Assembly: GCA_041660605.1 (NCBI GenBank)
Contig: JBAZWB010000001.1
Span: 265,295 to 329,294 of the forward strand
Direction of reading: 5' to 3'
DNA length: 64,000 nt
Origin: Patescibacteria group bacterium
GTDB taxonomy: Bacteria > Patescibacteriota > Patescibacteriia > UBA10025 > JAHIVO01
The translations under genes and the position numbers were made by a program. Below, piece after piece: positions 8,162 to 18,466 of this stretch; positions within the stretch are counted from its first letter, which is position 1; the number at the start of each line of letters is the position of its first letter. Under the pieces are notes generated by a model. It was not told where the DNA came from. It saw nothing but the letters and a program-made list of their open reading frames with translations, and searched no databases.

Positions 8162-8797
8162 ATGACAAGAAAGCTTTGTGCTTTAATTCTTGCCGTTACG
8201 CTCCTGTTCATGGTATCCGTCGTTTGGGCAAATCCAATTCCGCCGGCGATATCTGCTGAGAGTTGGGATGGTTGGTCTAACAAAGATGTTTCACCGCCGT
8301 CAAGCGTTTTGCCTGTTTCGTCGAATGCCATGCAAGAGTTGAGTCCTATGGTGTTGACAGCGCTGCAATACGTAGCGCCGATGAACGCCGATCGACTCGT
8401 CGTCAACACAGCTAATCCGGCAGTGATTGACAATTACCTGGCGTCTTGTGCAGTTTCGTCGAATAAACTGACAGCCGCCTACCTGACCGCATCCAGCCCG
8501 CCAATATCCAATACTGAAAGTTTGGCGCGTTGCGATGATTACCTGAACATTTCACCCCAAAACCGACAACAACTTAACAGCAGTATCGAATTGGCTGAGC
8601 GTACGACGACGGCGAGCGCCAATGAACCGCGGGAGTGCGTGGCCTATCCGGCCCATATTGTCGGTTTCGAGCAGAAGAGTATTGAGCACGGGCCGCAATT
8701 TCCTGTGCTCAGTGTGTGGATCGAAGACGGACCGGTAATCCCCGTCTTTGCGAAACTCGCACCGTTCGCAGGAACTACCGGACTGATTCTAGTCTAG
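8162..8797 (+). CDS. Secreted hypothetical protein (probable start MTRKL at 8162)
   Basis: GGAGG SD before the ATG, signal peptide ending VWA, own promoter and terminator. Confidence 0.55.
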   Translation: MTRKLCALILAVTLLFMVSVVWANPIPPAISAESWDGWSNKDVSPPSSVLPVSSNAMQELSPMVLTALQYVAPMNADRLVVNTANPAVIDNYLASCAVSSNKLTAAYLTASSPPISNTESLARCDDYLNISPQNRQQLNSSIELAERTTTASANEPRECVAYPAHIVGFEQKSIEHGPQFPVLSVWIEDGPVIPVFAKLAPFAGTTGLILV

Positions 8798-8837
8798 ACC
8801 GAGCGGCTTAGCTAGTAAGAAGTCTGAAATACAAACC

Positions 8838-8872
8838 CGGTGCTGTCAGCTTGACGGCACCGGCCTTTTTTT
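8838..8872 (+). terminator. Intrinsic terminator
   Basis: CCGGTGCTGTCA/TGACGGCACCGG stem followed by a T-run. Confidence 0.8.
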
Positions 8873-8890
8873 ATCCGGAATAGATAATTT

Positions 8891-11317
8891 TTACTCACCG
8901 TAATATTCCAGCATGCGCTCACGCCCCAGGTGCAGTTCCTGCAGCAGCGGCTGCTCGTCATCCGCATCATAAGTGTAATAGCTCTGGAGAATTTCAGTCT
9001 GGGCGGCGACCAGCTGCTTCAGATTTTCCATTTGGTTTGCACGTGCGTAGGCTTCCAGATCTGTAAATTCAAGGATGGGATTGTTATCCGTATGCAAGGC
9101 CATGCCGCTGCCAAGCTGGCGCACGTCGTCTTCTCCGAGCAGCAGCATGCCAGCCACCTCGTATGCGTTATCCAGGTATATTTCCGTGAGATCCGTCTGG
9201 ACGGCGGACATCCTTTCATTGATTTTATTAAGATCAATATTAATTTTTTCCGGCGAGCCAATAAATACGAGAAAGCCCGTCGGCTCAATATTATAGTACC
9301 AGACCGTGGTATGCGGATAGACCGACTGGAAGGTTGCCATGAGTATGCGCAAATCCGTAAAAGACAAGCCGCCCAAGGGCACCCAGGCCGCGGCCAGACC
9401 ATCCGGCTCCAGCGCGTTTTTCATTATTTGGAAATATTCACGCGTGTACAGGTAGGGATTGCTTTTGTATTTAAGATTTGTAACATCGGTAACAATAGTG
9501 TCGAATTTCAGTGTTGAATTATGCAGGTAGTTGCGGGCGTCATCGATGATAATATGAAGATTTGAGTCATCTCGCGCGCCGTGATTCAACTCCTGAAACT
9601 TCTGCCCCGCATTGATTACTTCTTTTTCTATTTCCAGGGCATAGACGGGTATTTTATATTGGAGCATGCTGTAGCTCGTCCCGCCGCTGCCATAGCCGAC
9701 CGTGGCTGCGCGAGACGGGTGGTCAAGCAGGAGGAGCGGCAGGTGCGCCAGTATTTTTGAATCAATAATGCCCGTCGCATACGTCCCGGCGACAATCTGG
9801 CTGTCCACGCTGAGCATTTTGTAGGGGTCAGTGGCTGATTTCAGGCTCTGGACGGTAACGGTAGCCGAGAGCCCTTCGGCATAAAAAATTTCTTCAAACG
9901 AGGCCGGCAGCCGGTGGAAAACCTGTCCACCGTTCGCGCTGATGAAATAGGCGATAACTATTCCGCCGATCAGCGCGGGAATAAGCTTGCGTTTGCTGGT
10001 TGTCGTTTTAAAAATGGCAATGACGGCCACGCTAAAGCAAAGCCCGATTAGAATCAGCGCGGAGTTTTTTATACCAAGAAAGGGGATCAGGAAAAATCCG
10101 GTGGCCAGGCTGCCGGCAACAGTGCCAAAAGCGTTGACCAGGTAAACCGTGCCGGTTTTTTTCCCGATGGTTTCAGCCGAGCCCATATATATTCTGCAGC
10201 CCAGTGGGAACAAGGTGCCGACAAAAGCCGCCAGGATGAAAGCCAGCCCAAAACCGACCCAAGATTCGGTCAGCAGGGTGGTGTAGCTGAGAAATTGTTC
10301 GGAAAAATAATTATTTAAAGAACCGAAGAAAAAAAGAATTATTGAGGCAGCCAGGCCGGTCAAGATCGCATAGACGGAGAAGTAATTAAGCGGCTGTTGC
10401 AGGCGATCGACTCGTCTGGCCACATACCAGCTGCCAAGCGCTAAGCCAGCCAGAAACCCGCCAAGGATGAGAGTAGACGACAGAGTCGTACCGGAACCGA
10501 AATTAGTCAGTATTCGTACCCAGAGTATTTCGAAGCCAAGCGCAATAAAGCCAGTAATAAACAGAATCGGCAGCATAAAGCGCCGGGGGCGGTCTTTTTC
10601 AACTGGCACACCGGCTGTTTGCCCGGGAATTATTGAGGCCGCTCTTTTTTTAAAAAATTGCACCACCAGGAAAATCAGTACGTTCAAAGCCGCGGCGCAA
10701 CAGAAAGCTCCCAGCGTGCCAAGCCGTTGTACCAGCAGCAGTCCAGTGGCGAGCGCGCCGGCAAAAGCACCCAGAGTATTAATGAAGTAGATGCCGCTAA
10801 ATGTGGAGCCGATGGTAATATTATTGCGTATCAGATATTTACTCAGAAGCGGTATTGTTCCGCCGATGCACATAGTCGGAACAAGCAAAATGATTACCGT
10901 TAACAGGCAGCGTACGATTGAGAGAATATAAATGTTTGCTGAATTGTATAAATAATGGTGTATTGATGAAAATAATGGCGTGTAGGTGATTATAACGAAT
11001 GCCGTCATGGAAGTAATGGCTATGGCCAGCTCCAGATAACCGTAGGTGCGAAGAATGTTTATTGATCGTTCCGCCCGCCTGCCAAAAAAATAGCTGCCGA
11101 GGCCGAGGCCGAGGAGAAATACGGAAATTACAGTGGCTATAGCCAGGCTACTCACGCCAAATACCAGATTAAATACGCGTATCCAGATAAGTTCATACAT
11201 CAAAGCCGCCAGACCGGAAAAAAATATGGCAGAATAAATAATATTTTTATTTATAAACCAGCTCCGTTGGTCTGGAGAGTTTTCAGAGGTTGTTGTTTTT
11301 CCCAACTGATCTGGCAT
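8891..11317 (-). CDS. Fused MFS-like membrane domain / spermidine synthase-like SAM-binding protein
   Basis: Duplicated SGxAALxYEL.W.R TM modules; GYGSGGT, EIE, DDARNY, LYTREYF. Confidence 0.88.
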   Translation of the reverse strand: MPDQLGKTTTSENSPDQRSWFINKNIIYSAIFFSGLAALMYELIWIRVFNLVFGVSSLAIATVISVFLLGLGLGSYFFGRRAERSINILRTYGYLELAIAITSMTAFVIITYTPLFSSIHHYLYNSANIYILSIVRCLLTVIILLVPTMCIGGTIPLLSKYLIRNNITIGSTFSGIYFINTLGAFAGALATGLLLVQRLGTLGAFCCAAALNVLIFLVVQFFKKRAASIIPGQTAGVPVEKDRPRRFMLPILFITGFIALGFEILWVRILTNFGSGTTLSSTLILGGFLAGLALGSWYVARRVDRLQQPLNYFSVYAILTGLAASIILFFFGSLNNYFSEQFLSYTTLLTESWVGFGLAFILAAFVGTLFPLGCRIYMGSAETIGKKTGTVYLVNAFGTVAGSLATGFFLIPFLGIKNSALILIGLCFSVAVIAIFKTTTSKRKLIPALIGGIVIAYFISANGGQVFHRLPASFEEIFYAEGLSATVTVQSLKSATDPYKMLSVDSQIVAGTYATGIIDSKILAHLPLLLLDHPSRAATVGYGSGGTSYSMLQYKIPVYALEIEKEVINAGQKFQELNHGARDDSNLHIIIDDARNYLHNSTLKFDTIVTDVTNLKYKSNPYLYTREYFQIMKNALEPDGLAAAWVPLGGLSFTDLRILMATFQSVYPHTTVWYYNIEPTGFLVFIGSPEKINIDLNKINERMSAVQTDLTEIYLDNAYEVAGMLLLGEDDVRQLGSGMALHTDNNPILEFTDLEAYARANQMENLKQLVAAQTEILQSYYTYDADDEQPLLQELHLGRERMLEYYGE

Positions 11318-11328
11318 TGAAGTTTTTA

Positions 11329-13596
11329 CTACTCAGTATCTTTGGTGAATTTACATTCTTTATTTGAGCAGCGCACTTTGCTTCCGGCAGCAAAAGTCAG
11401 TAAAGATCCGCAGTCGGGGCACTTTTCGCCGTTTGGTTTGGACCAGAGCGCGAACTTGCAGTCGGGATATTTGTTGCAAGCGAAGAATGTCCGGCCGCGT
11501 TTGGAGCGCTTGGCGACAATATCGCCTTTGCCGCATTGCGGGCAGGCCACGCCGGTCTTTTTTTCAATATTTTTTATATTTTTGCATTCCGGATAGCCGG
11601 AGCAGGCAAGGAACGGACCGAAACGCCCGTGCTTCATGACCATCGGTTTGCCGCATTTCTCGCATTTGGCGTCAGCTCCCTGGGGTTCGGTATTTTTTAC
11701 AATTTCGCCATTCTGGTCTATTGGCTTGGTGTTCTTGCATTCCGGATAGCCGGAGCAGGCCAAAAATTTACCAAAGCGGCCCATTTTAATGACCATCGGC
11801 TTGCCGCATTTTTCGCAGACCTTGTCGGTGGCTTGTTCAGTTAATTCCTTCTTGTCAACTTCGTCATGTTTTTTCATAAGATTTTCCTTAAAGGGTTCAT
11901 AAAATTCTTTAATCACCGGCACCCAGGCCATTTTCCCGTCAGCGATCTGATCCAGGTCGTCCTCCATGTGGGCGGTAAATTTATAATCCACTATTTTTGG
12001 GAAATGCTTGACCAGCACGTCATTGACCAGCAGGCCTATTTCCGTAGGCTTGAGACGCTTGTCCTCTTTTTCCACATAGTTCCTGTCCACCAGCGTGGCG
12101 ATAGTGGGGGCGTAGGTGGAAGGACGGCCAATGCCGTGCTCTTCCAACGCCTTGACCAGTCCGGCTTCTGAGTAGCGCGCCGGAGGCTCGGTAAAATGCT
12201 GAATAGGCTCGACTTTCACCGCCTCCAGGCCCTCTTCTTTTGCTAATGGAGGCAGGATGATATCTTTGGTGTTATTATAGACTTTCATATAACCGTCGAA
12301 TTTGACAGTTGAACCGCTGGCCCGGAAAGTATATTTATTGTTTTTATCATTTATATAAATCCCGACCGCATCAATAATGGCTTCCGGCATTTGGGAGGCC
12401 AGAGTACGCTGCCAGATCATGGTATATAATTTTAGCTGCCGGGCATCCAGATAATCTTTCAGGTCTTCCGGCCGGCGCCTTATATCCGTTGGCCGGATGG
12501 CCTCGTGGGCTTCCTGAGCAAGTTTCGATTTGGCCTTGAATCTCCGCGGTTCGGCCAGTGAATACTTATCCCCAAATTGCTCTCGTAAAAAAGTCTGAGC
12601 TTCAGCCAGGAATTTTTCTGCCAGATTCAGGGAATCGGTACGCATGTAAGAGATTAAGCCTTCAGGACCCTTGCTGCCCAGCTCAACGCCCTCATATAGT
12701 TGTTGGGCAATAAACATCGTTTGCCTGGCGGAATAGCCGAGTTTCCTGTTCGCCTCCTGCTGCAGGGCGGAGGTGGTCAAAGGCGCAGGCGGGTTTTTTT
12801 TAGTTTGGCGGCTCTGGATGTCGGTTACTTTGAATTCAGTGCCTTTCAATTCATCAAGAATTTTTTTTGCCTGCCCCTCATTTTGAATGGCCATCTTATC
12901 CAGGTTTTTGTCATCTATTTTTGACAGCTTGGCCGGGAATTCTTCGTTTGAACCGGTTTTTTTCTTGAATTGGCCCTCGACAGACCAGTATTCCTGCTTA
13001 TTGAATTTTAAAATTTCCCTTTCCCTTTCAGCCGTCAATCTCAGAGCTACAGACTGCACCCGTCCGGCCGACAGGCCTTTAGCTACCTTTTTCCACAGGA
13101 AAGGGGAGAGTTCATAGCCGACCAGACGGTCGAGAATGCGGCGCGCCTGCTGGGCATCCACCATATGGAGGTCAATGTCGCGGGGATTTTTTAACGCTTC
13201 TTTTATCGCCTCTTCGGTTATTTCATGGAAAACAATGCGCTCGGATTTTTTCTCCAGCTCTGCCGGATCTATTTTCTCCTTGGATTTTCCCGCGGACATT
13301 TTGAAGGTTTCCAGCAGGTGCCAGGCAATCGCCTCGCCTTCGCGGTCTTCGTCAGTTGCGAAGTAAATGGTCGGTGAGCTTAAAGCCAGTTTTTTCAGCT
13401 TGGCTACCGTTTTTTCGTTGGCCTTGGGGATGATATATTGAGGAGCGAAGTCGTGCTCAATATCTATGCCCATTTTTGACTTGGGCAGATCGCGCAGATG
13501 GCCATAAGAAGCCTGAATATTAAAATCTTTCCCGAGAAAACGGGAAATGGTTTTTGCCTTGGTCGGCGACTCAACGATGATTAGCTTTTTTGCCAT
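11329..13596 (-). CDS. topA: DNA topoisomerase I
   Basis: IVESPTKAK, ATDEDREGE, SAGRVQS, ISYMRTDS, C-terminal C4 zinc ribbons. Confidence 0.98.
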   Translation of the reverse strand: MAKKLIIVESPTKAKTISRFLGKDFNIQASYGHLRDLPKSKMGIDIEHDFAPQYIIPKANEKTVAKLKKLALSSPTIYFATDEDREGEAIAWHLLETFKMSAGKSKEKIDPAELEKKSERIVFHEITEEAIKEALKNPRDIDLHMVDAQQARRILDRLVGYELSPFLWKKVAKGLSAGRVQSVALRLTAEREREILKFNKQEYWSVEGQFKKKTGSNEEFPAKLSKIDDKNLDKMAIQNEGQAKKILDELKGTEFKVTDIQSRQTKKNPPAPLTTSALQQEANRKLGYSARQTMFIAQQLYEGVELGSKGPEGLISYMRTDSLNLAEKFLAEAQTFLREQFGDKYSLAEPRRFKAKSKLAQEAHEAIRPTDIRRRPEDLKDYLDARQLKLYTMIWQRTLASQMPEAIIDAVGIYINDKNNKYTFRASGSTVKFDGYMKVYNNTKDIILPPLAKEEGLEAVKVEPIQHFTEPPARYSEAGLVKALEEHGIGRPSTYAPTIATLVDRNYVEKEDKRLKPTEIGLLVNDVLVKHFPKIVDYKFTAHMEDDLDQIADGKMAWVPVIKEFYEPFKENLMKKHDEVDKKELTEQATDKVCEKCGKPMVIKMGRFGKFLACSGYPECKNTKPIDQNGEIVKNTEPQGADAKCEKCGKPMVMKHGRFGPFLACSGYPECKNIKNIEKKTGVACPQCGKGDIVAKRSKRGRTFFACNKYPDCKFALWSKPNGEKCPDCGSLLTFAAGSKVRCSNKECKFTKDTE

Positions 13597-13611
13597 AATA
13601 ATTCAATAACC

Positions 13612-14700
13612 TTAACTGGCGAGCGTGTAATACGCGCCGCCCTGGTGCCGTATCATACCCTTCATTTCCATCATGGTGATGGCGGAATTTGCAATACTGG
13701 TTTTTAGTTTACTCCTCTTTATTAATTCGTCAATATGCAGGGGTTCGTGCGATAAAAATTGCAGTAAAATTTTTTCTTCTTCCGTAGAGCCGATAACTTT
13801 TTTATTCTCTTCATATAATTGCGCCAGCCTGAGGTCGAAGACATCCAGGATATCGCGTGCCGAAGTGACCACATGAGCGCCCATTTTTATGAGATTGTTG
13901 GGCCCGCTGGCGGTTTGGCTGGAAATATTACCGGGCACGGCGAATATTTCCCTGTTTTGATCCAGGGCAAAGCGAGCGGTGATTAATGAGCCGGAATCCT
14001 CGCCCCCCTCGATTACCAGCACGCCCTTGGCCAGTCCGGAGATAATGCGGTTTCTGGCGGGAAAATGCTGTTTTAACGGCTCCGTACCGGGTGGGTATTC
14101 AGATATCAAGGCCCCGTCATTTTTCACGATTTCTTCGCCTAAACTGCGGTTGGTGACAGGATAAATGCGGTCCAGGCCGCAACCCAGCACTGCCACGGTT
14201 TTCTGGCCGGCATCAAGGGCAGCCTGATGGGCCAGGGCGTCTATACCCAGTGCCAGTCCGGAGATTATAATCAATCCAGCCCGGCTGATCTCACCGGTTA
14301 TTTCTGGAGCAATCTGCCGGCCATAAGCAGTGGTTTTTCTGGTGCCGACGACCGCCAGGGACAGATTAAAATTTTCCGGCAGTTTACCTTTTACATATAA
14401 AAGGGCAGGTGCGGAATGGATTTCTTTCAGCAGAGCGGGATATTCCTGATGATGTATAGTAATAACGCGTATGCCTTTCTTTGTCAAATCCTCCCATTCA
14501 GCCTCAGGATTTATTTTACATCTTTCGGTTAATATTTTTTCCACGTCTTTCTGGCCGAGGCCCGCGGCTTTTAATTCAGCGCCAGAGGCCTGCCAAGCTG
14601 CTTCCATAGACGGAAAATGCGCATAAAGAAGTTTGAATTTTTGCGGGCCGAGGCTGTAGATCCTGGAAAAGGCGACCCAGAATTTGGTGTCGTTTGGCAT
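13612..14700 (-). CDS. dprA: DNA-processing protein DprA
   Basis: AVVGTR, SGLALGID, FPARNRIISGL, SGSLITA. Confidence 0.96.
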   Translation of the reverse strand: MPNDTKFWVAFSRIYSLGPQKFKLLYAHFPSMEAAWQASGAELKAAGLGQKDVEKILTERCKINPEAEWEDLTKKGIRVITIHHQEYPALLKEIHSAPALLYVKGKLPENFNLSLAVVGTRKTTAYGRQIAPEITGEISRAGLIIISGLALGIDALAHQAALDAGQKTVAVLGCGLDRIYPVTNRSLGEEIVKNDGALISEYPPGTEPLKQHFPARNRIISGLAKGVLVIEGGEDSGSLITARFALDQNREIFAVPGNISSQTASGPNNLIKMGAHVVTSARDILDVFDLRLAQLYEENKKVIGSTEEEKILLQFLSHEPLHIDELIKRSKLKTSIANSAITMMEMKGMIRHQGGAYYTLAS

Positions 14701-14753
14701 AATTTATCAAGTAAGTAAGATGGTAGTTAAAATATTATTTTGAAGTAAGTATT

Positions 14754-14880
14754 AAGTTTGAAGTTTAAGGAAGAATGTTTGGATATAGGTTAAAAGTTAA
14801 AAGTTTCAATATTTTTAAATATTCAGCTTACCTTTGACTTTTCACTTTCTTCCATACTTATATCCTTAAACCTTAAACTT
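14754..14880. repeat. Imperfect ~127-bp palindrome built of 7-nt-period repeats
   Basis: AAGTTTGAAGTTTAAGGA (14754-14771) vs TCCTTAAACCTTAAACTT (14863-14880), 16/18 complementary; inner arms AAAAGTTAAAAG/CTTTGACTTTT. Confidence 0.6.
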
Positions 14881-14987
14881 TGAACATTTTTCATTATTGT
14901 ATTAATAAACAAAAAGACCTTTTTGGGGAAGGTCTGACGTTAGTTTAGCAGAGGGGCTGTTTAATAGCAAGAATAGAATAACAGAAG

Positions 14988-17900
14988 TTATTTATTTTCG
15001 AATATTCTCAGAACTTTTTTAATCTCTTCCACCCAATGGTCGCCCAGTTTTTCCAGGTCAATCTTCAGCGAGTCGTCGGTGAACTGCCAGTTTTGGTCTT
15101 TGCGCAGGAGGATGGCCAGCTTCTCCGGCTTCAGCGGAAAGAGGAATTTGAAAATGACTTTTTTCACGCGATGGCCGAACTGGTCGGAAGTAATAGTGGT
15201 ATCAATATGCGAGATATCCGTTTTTTGCGTTAAAATCTTTATTTCCAGTATGGCGAAAAGATTCATCAGCTCCTGTGGGATGTATTTTTGCTCTTCGCGG
15301 GTGCGGGAGCGAATTATTTTATCTTTCAGCTCAGTCAATTCATCTAGCTTGACTATGCCGGCCATTTTTTGGTACAGAATCAAACGTTCTTCCTCCGGTA
15401 GGAATTCCTGGGGGATATAGGCGTCCAGCGGCAAGTCAATAATCACGTCCCTGATAGGCTCCTGGATTTTGCCAAATTTTAACTCTTCAATAGCCTGAGC
15501 CAGCAGGCGGGTGTAAAGCGAGAGCCCGATGGCGGAAACTTTTCCATGCTGTTCCTTGCCCAGGATGTTGCCGGCACCGCGTATTTCCAGGTCCCTCAGC
15601 GCCAGTTGGAAGCCACTACCGAGTTTTTTCGCTTCCATCAGCGCTTGCAGCCTTTTTTGGGCATTGCCTTTCAGCTTTTTACGGTGGTAAAGGAAGTATG
15701 AATAAGCCTGCCTTTCGCCGCGTCCGATGCGTCCGCGCAGCTGATAGAGCTGGGCCAGACCGAAATTCGTGGCGTTATCCACTACCAGCGTATTGACGTT
15801 TGGTAGGTCCAGGCCGTTTTCAATGATGGTGGAGCAGACCAGGAGATTGGTTTTTTGGTTATCGAAGTCCTGCATCGCCTTGGCCAGTTCTTTTTCCGGC
15901 AGCCGGCCGTGCGCGATCCCGATTTTTGCCTGAGGCAGGAGTTTTTTCAGTTTGGCGGCGGCAAAGGCGATAGTTTCCACTTTATTATGCAGGTAATAGG
16001 CCTGGCCCCCTCTTTTAAATTCTCTGCTTAATACTTCAGAGATTGTTTCTTCTGAATACGGATCTATGTGAGTTTCTATGGGCAGACGGCCTTCGGGCGG
16101 AGTTTCTATGATGCTGACATCCCTGACGCCTGATAAGGCAATGTTCAAAGTGCGCGGTATAGGGGTGGCTGTCAGCGTCAACACGTGGGCCTGGGTGCGC
16201 AGAGATTTCAGGCGCTCCTTGGCTTTCACGCCGAAGCGCTGTTCCTCATCTATGATTATTAATCCCAGATTTTTAGTTTTTACGTCCGGAGATAAGAGGC
16301 GGTGGGTGCCGATGACAATGTCCACCAGTCCGGCCTTCATTTTTTCAATAGTATCCTTTTGCTGCTTATCGGTTTCAAAACGCGAGAGAATGCCGATTTT
16401 AACGGGAAATTTTTTCAGCCGTTCGCTGAAGGTGTCAAAATGCTGCTGGGTCAGGATAGTGGTGGGGGACAGCAGGGCGACCTGCGTATTGTTCATCGCC
16501 GCTTTCAGGGCGGCCCTGACGGCGACTTCTGTTTTGCCGAATCCGACGTCTCCGCAAATCAGGCGGTCCATGGGCGTTTCTTTCTCCAGGTCGTTTTTTA
16601 CTTCATTAATGGCCTTGGCCTGGTCCGGCGTTTCTTTGTAGATGAAACTTTTTGCCAGCTCCAGGTCCTCGGGCGTTTCATGGCCAAAAGCGCTTATTTT
16701 TGTCATTTCCCTTTTGGCGTAGATTTTTAGGAGTTCGTGCGCCAGAACTTTGGCTTCCTGTTTCACCTTCCTGGTCAGCTGGTACCACTGGGTGCCGGAC
16801 AGGCGGTGCAGTTTCGGGTGGGCGATGCCGATATATTTTGACAACTTATCGGCGGTTTCCACTGGCACTGACAGTTTGTCGCCCTCGGCATATTGGATAG
16901 AAAAATATTCCTTGGCTATGCCTTCGATCATATCCCGGCGCATGCCGGTAAAGCGGCCGATGCCGTGGTCCAGGTGCACCACATAATCGCCGGGTTTCAT
17001 GCCCATGATGAAGGCCTGATCGATTTTATTCCTGGGCGATTCGTGCCGGAGGTTTTCTTCGCCAAAAATTTCTTTGTCAGTGATGAAAGCCAGGCCCAGC
17101 TTATTATTGATAAATCCATCAAGTTCCCGGCTGAATGGCTGGAATTCAACAGGCAGGCTGGCTATTTTATTCTGCTTGAGCAATTCCTTGATATCCTTGG
17201 TTTTGTCCGTGGCGATGGAGATTTGAAAATTATTGTCATGCCATTTTTTGATATCTTTGGCCAGCGAAGAGTAGTTTTGATGATAGAGCGGCGCGCTTTC
17301 AAAAAATAGATTATAGCTGGTGCGGGAGAAATTCAGAACAATAATTTTTTTAAATCCGGATATACTTTCTTCCAGCTCTAGCCACAGAGGATTGATGTTT
17401 TTTATTTCCTCCACGTCCTGGTACATGATTATCGGATCGCCGGCGGCCTCAAAATATTTAGCCAGAGTCGTGCGGCTGAGCATCTTGAAGAAGGACTTGG
17501 CCACTATTTCCGTCCTTTCTAATTTATTTTCCAGTCTTTTATTGATCGGATTGAAATACGATATATTTATTATTTTATTGTCTTCAAATTCCAGCCGCAC
17601 GGGTTTCTCGGTATTTACGGGGTATATGTCGACAATGCCCCCGCGGCGCGAAAAATATCCGGTCTGGCTGGCCTGGCCGGTAAACTCATAGCCGAAGCTG
17701 ATGAGCTTCTTTGAAATTAGAGCCGGCGACCACAGCTCTTTTTTATCAATTTCCAGTTTATAGCTCTCCCCGTTATTCAATGAGGGCAGTTTATTCTGCA
17801 GATTGGCGATATCGACCAGAACAATCTGCGGTTTGCTGTCCTTAAGGCGGATAGCCCTGATCGGATTGACTTCCTCCAGCAGCCAGACGGGTTTGGCTAT

Positions 17901-18134
17901 CTTAAAAATAGTGTGCCAATAGATAAGCAGGCGCTGAGCCAGCAGGATATTTTCTTTTTTCAAAAGCCAAAAAAATACCTTGTTTTGCAAATAAGGATTT
18001 GCGGCTAAATAAAATGTTTGGCACGCGAGATTGGGGAGACCGGAAAGAGGCAGGTTTTTTTTGGCTTCCAGAGCTTTTATTGAATCGGCTAAAAACCTCT
18101 GATGGGCTTCCCTGACAGCAGTTTTTTCAGTCAC
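14988..18134 (-). CDS. mfd: Transcription-repair coupling factor (divergent N-terminus)
   Basis: RRGGIVDIYP, GDYVVHLDHGIG, CGDVGFGKTEVA, DEEQRFGV, QLRGRIGR, TRCF tail. Confidence 0.96.
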   Translation of the reverse strand: MTEKTAVREAHQRFLADSIKALEAKKNLPLSGLPNLACQTFYLAANPYLQNKVFFWLLKKENILLAQRLLIYWHTIFKIAKPVWLLEEVNPIRAIRLKDSKPQIVLVDIANLQNKLPSLNNGESYKLEIDKKELWSPALISKKLISFGYEFTGQASQTGYFSRRGGIVDIYPVNTEKPVRLEFEDNKIINISYFNPINKRLENKLERTEIVAKSFFKMLSRTTLAKYFEAAGDPIIMYQDVEEIKNINPLWLELEESISGFKKIIVLNFSRTSYNLFFESAPLYHQNYSSLAKDIKKWHDNNFQISIATDKTKDIKELLKQNKIASLPVEFQPFSRELDGFINNKLGLAFITDKEIFGEENLRHESPRNKIDQAFIMGMKPGDYVVHLDHGIGRFTGMRRDMIEGIAKEYFSIQYAEGDKLSVPVETADKLSKYIGIAHPKLHRLSGTQWYQLTRKVKQEAKVLAHELLKIYAKREMTKISAFGHETPEDLELAKSFIYKETPDQAKAINEVKNDLEKETPMDRLICGDVGFGKTEVAVRAALKAAMNNTQVALLSPTTILTQQHFDTFSERLKKFPVKIGILSRFETDKQQKDTIEKMKAGLVDIVIGTHRLLSPDVKTKNLGLIIIDEEQRFGVKAKERLKSLRTQAHVLTLTATPIPRTLNIALSGVRDVSIIETPPEGRLPIETHIDPYSEETISEVLSREFKRGGQAYYLHNKVETIAFAAAKLKKLLPQAKIGIAHGRLPEKELAKAMQDFDNQKTNLLVCSTIIENGLDLPNVNTLVVDNATNFGLAQLYQLRGRIGRGERQAYSYFLYHRKKLKGNAQKRLQALMEAKKLGSGFQLALRDLEIRGAGNILGKEQHGKVSAIGLSLYTRLLAQAIEELKFGKIQEPIRDVIIDLPLDAYIPQEFLPEEERLILYQKMAGIVKLDELTELKDKIIRSRTREEQKYIPQELMNLFAILEIKILTQKTDISHIDTTITSDQFGHRVKKVIFKFLFPLKPEKLAILLRKDQNWQFTDDSLKIDLEKLGDHWVEEIKKVLRIFENK

Positions 18135-18202
18135 TTTTTGTTTATTGTTAAAGTAAAAATGCGTAAATTAGCCAAATTCCCTTTATTTAGGCATATAGGG
18201 AC

Positions 18203-18231
18203 TTGACACAGCTAATCTATTCTGCTAGTAT
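18203..18231 (+). promoter_or_regulatory. Sigma70 promoter
   Basis: TTGACA-17-TAGTAT with TG extension. Confidence 0.7.
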
Positions 18232-18288
18232 GTAGTATTGCAATTGTTTCTTAAAAAATCAAGTGGAAAACTAAATTCTATATTTACA

Positions 18289-18417
18289 GCATCCAACTTT
18301 CTGCCTACCAAGCGGCGAAAGCAAGGCAACCCCTCCTAAGCCGTGCGAGTAGTCACAAGTTAAGGTTTTTCAGTTTTTACTGTTTAATCTTGCGCTTGGA
18401 GGCAGGAAGTTGGATGT
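18289..18417 (+). other. Long-range inverted repeat closing a ~130-nt structured leader
   Basis: GCATCCAACTTTCTGCCTACCAAGCG pairs with CGCTTGGAGGCAGGAAGTTGGATGT (one bulge, G-U pairs). Confidence 0.7.
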
Positions 18418-18466
18418 TTTTAGTAAGGAATATTTACAAACACTAAACCAGAGCCAAGGAGGGACT

